A stretch of 64,000 bases of DNA, from NCBI RefSeq assembly GCF_009914755.1, contig NC_060944.1; one strand, 5' to 3'. The translations under genes were made by a program, and so were the position numbers. Source of the DNA: the human T2T-CHM13v2.0 reference genome, Homo sapiens. Each line of letters opens with the position of its first letter. Within the stretch, counting starts at the first letter, position 1. The notes below the pieces were generated by a model. It was not told the origin of the DNA, did not search any database, and saw nothing but the letters and a program-made list of their open reading frames with translations. Shown here piece by piece: positions 57,913-64,000 of the stretch.

Positions 57913-60569
57913 ACAGACCAGCAGTTTCTTGTAACGAAACTATCCACATAATCCAGCAATCTTAAGACTTTTACCTAAGACAAGTCAAAACCTATATTTA
58001 TGTAGAGATGTGTATCCAAACGTGCATGGCAGCTTTACTCATAATAACTATAAACTGAAAACAACTCAAATGTCCATCAATGGGTGAATGGATGAATACA
58101 TTGTGAGGTAACCATTCAAAAGAGTATTACTCAGGAATACAGAGAACTAACTGCTCATACACACACCAACATGCATGAGGCTCCGAAGCAGCATACTAAG
58201 TAAAAGCAGCCAGGTGCAAAAGACTACATACTGTGTAATTTCATTGATACAAAAATCTAGAAAAGGTAAAACTGTAGTGACAAAAACCCAAATTCATAAT
58301 CACCTGTGGCTGAGAGTAGGGGAGATTATTTCCAAATGGGACCTTTTCAGGATAAAAGTTTTGTGTTGCGACCATGGTGAAGGCCTCATAATTATATATT
58401 TGCAATCTCACTACCTAACCATTGTTAACATTCTTAGTGTGTTTTCTTCCGATCTCTTTTTTTCTCCCCTAAATGTCTTAGAATTTGTTCTAAGGAAATA
58501 ATCAGAAATGCACCAACATATTAGAGTTTAAAAATTCATTAAAAATTGAAAACAACTAAAATATCTAACAACATAAACATAAACAAATAACAAATAACAA
58601 TACATCCCTTTAAGGTAATATTATTGTAGCCAATGAAAGTCACATTTTCATACAATTTGTAATGACACATGGAAATACTTATGACACAATGTAAAGTACA
58701 CAAGTTAGAGAATACTTTATATTCATGTGTCTTTGTATATACAATGTATAAATAAATATACGCATAGAATTTTGTGATTTCTTTGTTCTAAAACAGGGCA
58801 ATACTACCCAATCAATGTAAAAATGCCAAAAAGTTTTCTAGAACTGGCATTTGAAAGAAAATTAACATATGAAACAAGGTCATGCAAAGTTAACTTGATT
58901 GTCCTTCTCTTTTCTCTTCTGAGGGATGAGGAGTCCTATTTGCTCAATAATCTGGTTGTCAGACTTACAGCAGGGGCCGTGTCCACAGTACCCATTTACA
59001 GGGGACTCTCAGGCAGTACAACAAATTTGACAATACATTGAGACTAAAGAAAGTACAGATATTCCAGAATGAGTATGAAAATGAACTTGAAATCATATTT
59101 TAGGGACTTGGGGACTTGAGAACACTAACAATCTTCATACTATGAAGCAGTATGGTTTCATAAAGGACTCTGGAGGATTCATAGCCACTTGAGCAAGTCA
59201 CTTAGCTTGAGATCTGCCTCCATTTCTGGAAAATGGAGAACAATGCTTTCCATGATCCCTGCCTCACAGGTGCAGCAAAAATCAAAGGAGGTAACATATG
59301 AAAAATCAATTTTGAATTTACAAATCACAAGTACAAGGTGAGGCAGGATTATTATGTGACTTTGGGGCCATTAATAATTAGCAGCAACTTGACTGTGTTT
59401 CTCATCTACTGTGGAAATAGGAAATAACTGGAGCTCACAGGGCAAATTACCTACTACTAGTTGCTATCCCCAGACAGTGACCAAGAGACTTGTAACCACA
59501 GCCACAGAAGTAGACGGACTAATTTCAGGACCCTATCCCAAAATGTTACCCTTCCCCAAGCTGGTGTACTAGAGAGACTACTGCATGTTAAGCAATAGAG
59601 ACCTAAGTTTAATTATCAGCTACATGACAAATGATGCATTATTTAATTTCACTGAGGCCAGTTGCATCTATTATTGAATGAGAATGCTAAAACCTCCCCC
59701 CAGGGTTGTTATGAGGTATATATGAAATAGAATGTGTTGATTCTCAACAGATCCTATGGCAGAGATTAGGTACCAAATGCATGCTCACTCTCCTTCTTGA
59801 CTTAGATTTCCAGAAATTTCTCTAATTAGTGACACTCAGTGACAGCCCTTTTCACATTCAGAAATCAGCAAGGGATTGGGAATGGCTGGAGAGGCAAGTA
59901 CCTGTCCCCAAATATTCAGGCAAAAATCTGTAACTGTTAAAAACAAGGAATAACTGCCAAAAAGTAAATATGACATATACAATAGTGAAATAGCTCATAA
60001 TTCTATTTACTTCAAGCCTGTATTTAATAAATGGAAATGCAAAAATCAAGATGGAGAAAAAAAACTATAGTAACTTTCTCCAGGGAGAAAAAACAAAACA
60101 AAAAACATGGGGCTTACTGGTGTCTTCAGTTAAAAGCATTCTTGTAAAGATGTGTTTTGTTGGCAGTGTTTGTTGGCAGATGCTATTCAGAACCAAGGAC
60201 AGGGCAACCCTTTGGTCAAATATACTGAGGTCTGCACCAACAGGATGCTGGAACACTGAGAACAATTCTTCACGCATCATCCTCATGATGATACTTTGCA
60301 TCAAAACAGCACTTCATATTTTTCAAACAATTTTCAAATACTTTATCACAGTTGAGGAGTATGAGGCAAGCAATGCAGATATCTCATTTTACAGATAAGA
60401 AAACTGAGTTGTAGAGAAAGAGAGAGAGCTACCAAAATGGTTGTACTGCACACTAAACCCAAGCCCAGACTATTATATTTTTAGAATTACAAGGGTGATA
60501 CTTTGAGCTGAAATATGTCAAACTGGCATGCCTATGCAATTTTCCATATACTTCAGATATTTATTTCAT

Positions 60570-60850
60570 ATAGAGGCAGGGTCTCACTCTGTTGCCCAAG
60601 CTTGAGTACAGTGGTGCAGTCATTGCTTTCTGCAGCCTCAAACTCCTGGGCTCAAGTGATCCTCCCACCTCAGCCTCCATAGTAGTTAGGAATACAAGCA
60701 TGCACCATGCCCGGCTAATTTTTTAATTTTTGTAGAGATGAGGTCTCTCTCTGTTGCCAAGGCTCATCTCCAACTCCTGGCCTCAAGCAATCCTCCTGCC
60801 TCAGCCTCCCAAAGTGCTGAGATTACAAGGCATGAGCCACCATACCTGGC
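60570..60850 (-). mobile_element. AluJ
   Basis: gcagcctcaaactcctgggctcaagtgatcc; ctcaagcaatcctcc. Confidence 0.88.
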
Positions 60851-62558
60851 AGAGATATTCTTTTTAAAAATAAAAAAAAAACTCACAATTTAGAAATTCT
60901 TTCTTTCAAATGTATCTGATTAAGAATTATGAAGAAAACATTCTAAAATCAATATTTTAAAACTAGTTTGCATCATAAACTAGAAGAGAATGGAAACTTG
61001 TGTCAAACGATAGCCAGTCCATGAACGTTTTTGCTGTGATTTTTAGAAGACGTATCTGCATACCACCAGCTTCCATACAGAGCTCTTTGATGGTAGGTGG
61101 TGGCAAAGAAAACAGGCTTTATAGAAGTTTCTACACAACAGTGTGAGAGGCTTCCATGAATGGAAAGCCTCTTAGTTCAAGCTGTCTTAGTTCCTGAGGA
61201 AACGTGTCTGGCTATTGCAAAAGATTTTGTTGAACAAGGGCACAAATCAAGGTGAAGTTCTTCTCCTTTCCTTGAAGCAGAGATGACTACAAATAGAACA
61301 CAGTAATAATAGGCAGGCAGGACTATTATATTCTTTTAAAAATTGGGCACAGCAAGAAGTTGATAGCTCCTAGGTAAATGTGACAGGAATTGAAAGCACA
61401 ATAGAATCTAAATCCATCCAACTGCCAAACAGTAATATCCTGACAAAATTAGGGTTTTTTTTTACGAAAGAATGCATTTCCCCACCATCTTCTCTACCCT
61501 CCTAGTTTTCCTTCTATGGAGAGTTCCACTAACAACATCTTAATTGATTACGACTGATTGGAATTTTAGTCACTCCAAAGACTACACTTGGCCCCGCCCC
61601 CAAGGGCCATTTTAAAGCGATGTATTTCAGCACTATGTGGTGTTCATGCAGATAGCAAGTTGTTAATAGAATCTAGGAAGATGTTCTTTGGCAGAAAATG
61701 ATTTCATAGACATTTTTCATTATGATAGATGTGGTATTACAGCTGTTATATAAAATTTCAAGCTGTGTTGCAGCTTTGTCACTAGTGTTATAAATCACTC
61801 ACTCGTATATTAAAGTCTGTGGAAAGCAACTGGAGGGGAAAAAAACTCTCATCTTCTATTTACAGACTAGGTATAATTTGGCATTATTCTTAAAGGTTCA
61901 AGGCAGCTTAGAGAATCTGTATTCAGTGCTTATGTGAGGATCAGGAGATCACATTCCATTACTGCTGAGTTGGGAAGGAACCATCCACACAGTGAGTTAA
62001 CATTTTCTGCCATAAATGTGAAGGTAAAGTAAGTTCATGCTTCCAAGAGACTGGGGACAGAGAACTCCATTGCCATTTGCAAGATAAGCTAGGAAGAGAA
62101 TTAATTAAAATTAATAAATTATATACATTAGAAGCAGTTTTGTGCCAGTAATACAATTTATTTTATACAATGGAAGTATGTGTACATATTGGTCTTTCTG
62201 TCTTTGTAGGCAATCAAAATATGTAACTCTATACTATAATACCAGTTGAGCAAAGAAGGTCCTAATTTGAAGTATTCCAAATTTAAGTATGCCCTCTCTC
62301 TCTCTCTCTCTCTCTAAACCATATTAGATTTTGAGTAATTTAAACAGAGTATGGGAGAAAAAAACAGAGAGGCAAAGACTGATCACAGAAGTACACTTGC
62401 TCATTTTTCTGTATAGTGTACACCGCTTTTAGCCCTCCTCACATAGGTGAGATTCCTTTTGATCACAGTGGTCTGAAACCCAATTGCTAATTGGTGGAGG
62501 TAGAGTGGGGATATGGACCGAGGGGATTTCCCCATCATCTACAGCTAAACCTCTAAGC

Positions 62559-62770
62559 CAGTGGTCCTCAACAGGGAGGTTATTTTGCCTGCCAGGGGCC
62601 ATTGCCAATGTCTGGAGACATTTTTCATTGTCAGAATTAGAAAGGGTTCCACCAGCATCTGACGAGTAAAGGCCATGGATTCTGGTAAACATCCTACAAT
62701 GCACAGAATAGCCCCCACAACAAAGCATTATCTGGCCCGCAATGTCACAGTGCTGAGGTTGAGAAACTGG
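62559..62770 (+). mobile_element. MER20 hAT MITE
   Basis: cagtggtcctcaac...caatgtctggagacatttt...taaacatcctacaatgcacag...tgctgaggttgagaaactg. Confidence 0.9.
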
Positions 62771-63249
62771 TCTAGGGTTAACCAGGCAAACCCTCCAGTC
62801 AAGAGGGTTGTGATGATCTGATCTTTTTTGATTGGTCTTTTAAGGAAAGTAACTGTGAGCCCAGGGTGGATTCTGATTCCAACTTCATTTTCATTATTGG
62901 GACATGGTTCTACTATTTACAGAGATGCAAGAATGTTATATTTCTAAACAAAAGAGGCTTTCACCCGAGGAATTGGGGCATTCATTTTCTTCAGTGCAGA
63001 CCTTTGAATGTCCTGTAGGAAACAAAATGGAGCACAACAGCAGTTATGCTCTGTTTGAAGAACGCACTTTCCACTCCTGAGAAGAAAAACTATCATAGGA
63101 TGGTGCAAGGGTTCAGGCCAGTCTGTAAATGTCCCAGAAAATTCTCTGTAACTGTGTTACTAACACAATTACTGAAGGGGAAAGAATGGAAAGAGAATAC
63201 AAAGAAGGGAGGGATGGAGGCCATTACACACTAAAATTTTGTCCCAGTT

Positions 63250-63435
63250 AATTCTTAAAATCCTGTAATTGGGTTGTGTTTTGTATAATTTGTACCAAGG
63301 AAAACATGAAGTTCAAAGCTATTGGGTAACTTGGCCCAAGTCCCATCCCTAGTAAATAAAAGAGCTGGAATTTGGACCCAGTCTGTCTGAATATAAATTC
63401 CTTTTTTTTTAGCTTTGTCACACCATAAGATGCCA
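63250..63435 (-). mobile_element. MIR
   Basis: gtaacttggcccaag...agagctggaatttggacccagtctgtctga. Confidence 0.65.
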
Positions 63436-64000
63436 CATTAGAGAATCATTCCTATGCTTAACTCATTCTTGATCACAGGAGCCAGTGTGGGAAAGTGGTG
63501 ACAGACTGGGCTTACTGCTTTGAAATAACAAATTTGGTAAAAGTCAAACGTGGTTATGAAATCCAAAGAGACTCGTTGATTAATGAGCAAATCTTCATCA
63601 ATTCTAGATTGCACGTGAATAGAAGCACACAAATACACACAGGCAAACACTACGATGGGAGCACAAAGCCAATGAAAGAAAAGCTGCTCTCCGACTCCTC
63701 TCAAGTATCTTCTCTGCCAGTGTTTCCCTAGAACACGGAGGTTTGATTTGCATTATGTTAAGGAAATTTTTTTGTGATTTCACTCCCCAAAAAGTGTTCT
63801 CTGATTATTTAAGACTTACTACTCTGCTTTCTAGAAAGATTTAAAACACATGCAATTTGAACTTCCCCTATGTCGTTACAATCAGGCCACAAAGAATTTC
63901 CCATTTTGTATTTTAAACCATTAGATTAATAGTTTTTGATCTCAAATATGCACCACATCTGAGAAAGTATGTCATGCCTCCTTGGAAATAATAATTTTCA

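Overview
Primate (most likely human or great ape; AluY, THE1 and L1PA elements present) intronic or intergenic euchromatin made mostly of interspersed repeats. No protein-coding gene, tRNA, rRNA or CRISPR array can be supported. The ORF track consists of fragments of L1, Alu, ERVL pol and simple repeats. Main content: a full-length but inactivated L1PA7/8-like LINE-1 (about 40.56-47.04 kb); a second, 5'-inverted (twin-primed) L1PA7/8 copy (53.5-55.4 kb) that shares many non-consensus variants with the first, including a frameshift; a TTAA-flanked MER75 piggyBac MITE that keeps a PGBD4-like N-terminal mini-ORF split by an Alu; a decayed ERVL (HERV16/LTR16-type) pol remnant; about 14 Alus; THE1, MLT1 and LTR33 LTRs; hAT and Tigger MITEs; and many MIR and L2 relics in multi-layer nests. 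A few unique stretches have promoter-like or exon-like signals that remain speculative. All subfamily names come from recalled consensus sequences, not from a search.
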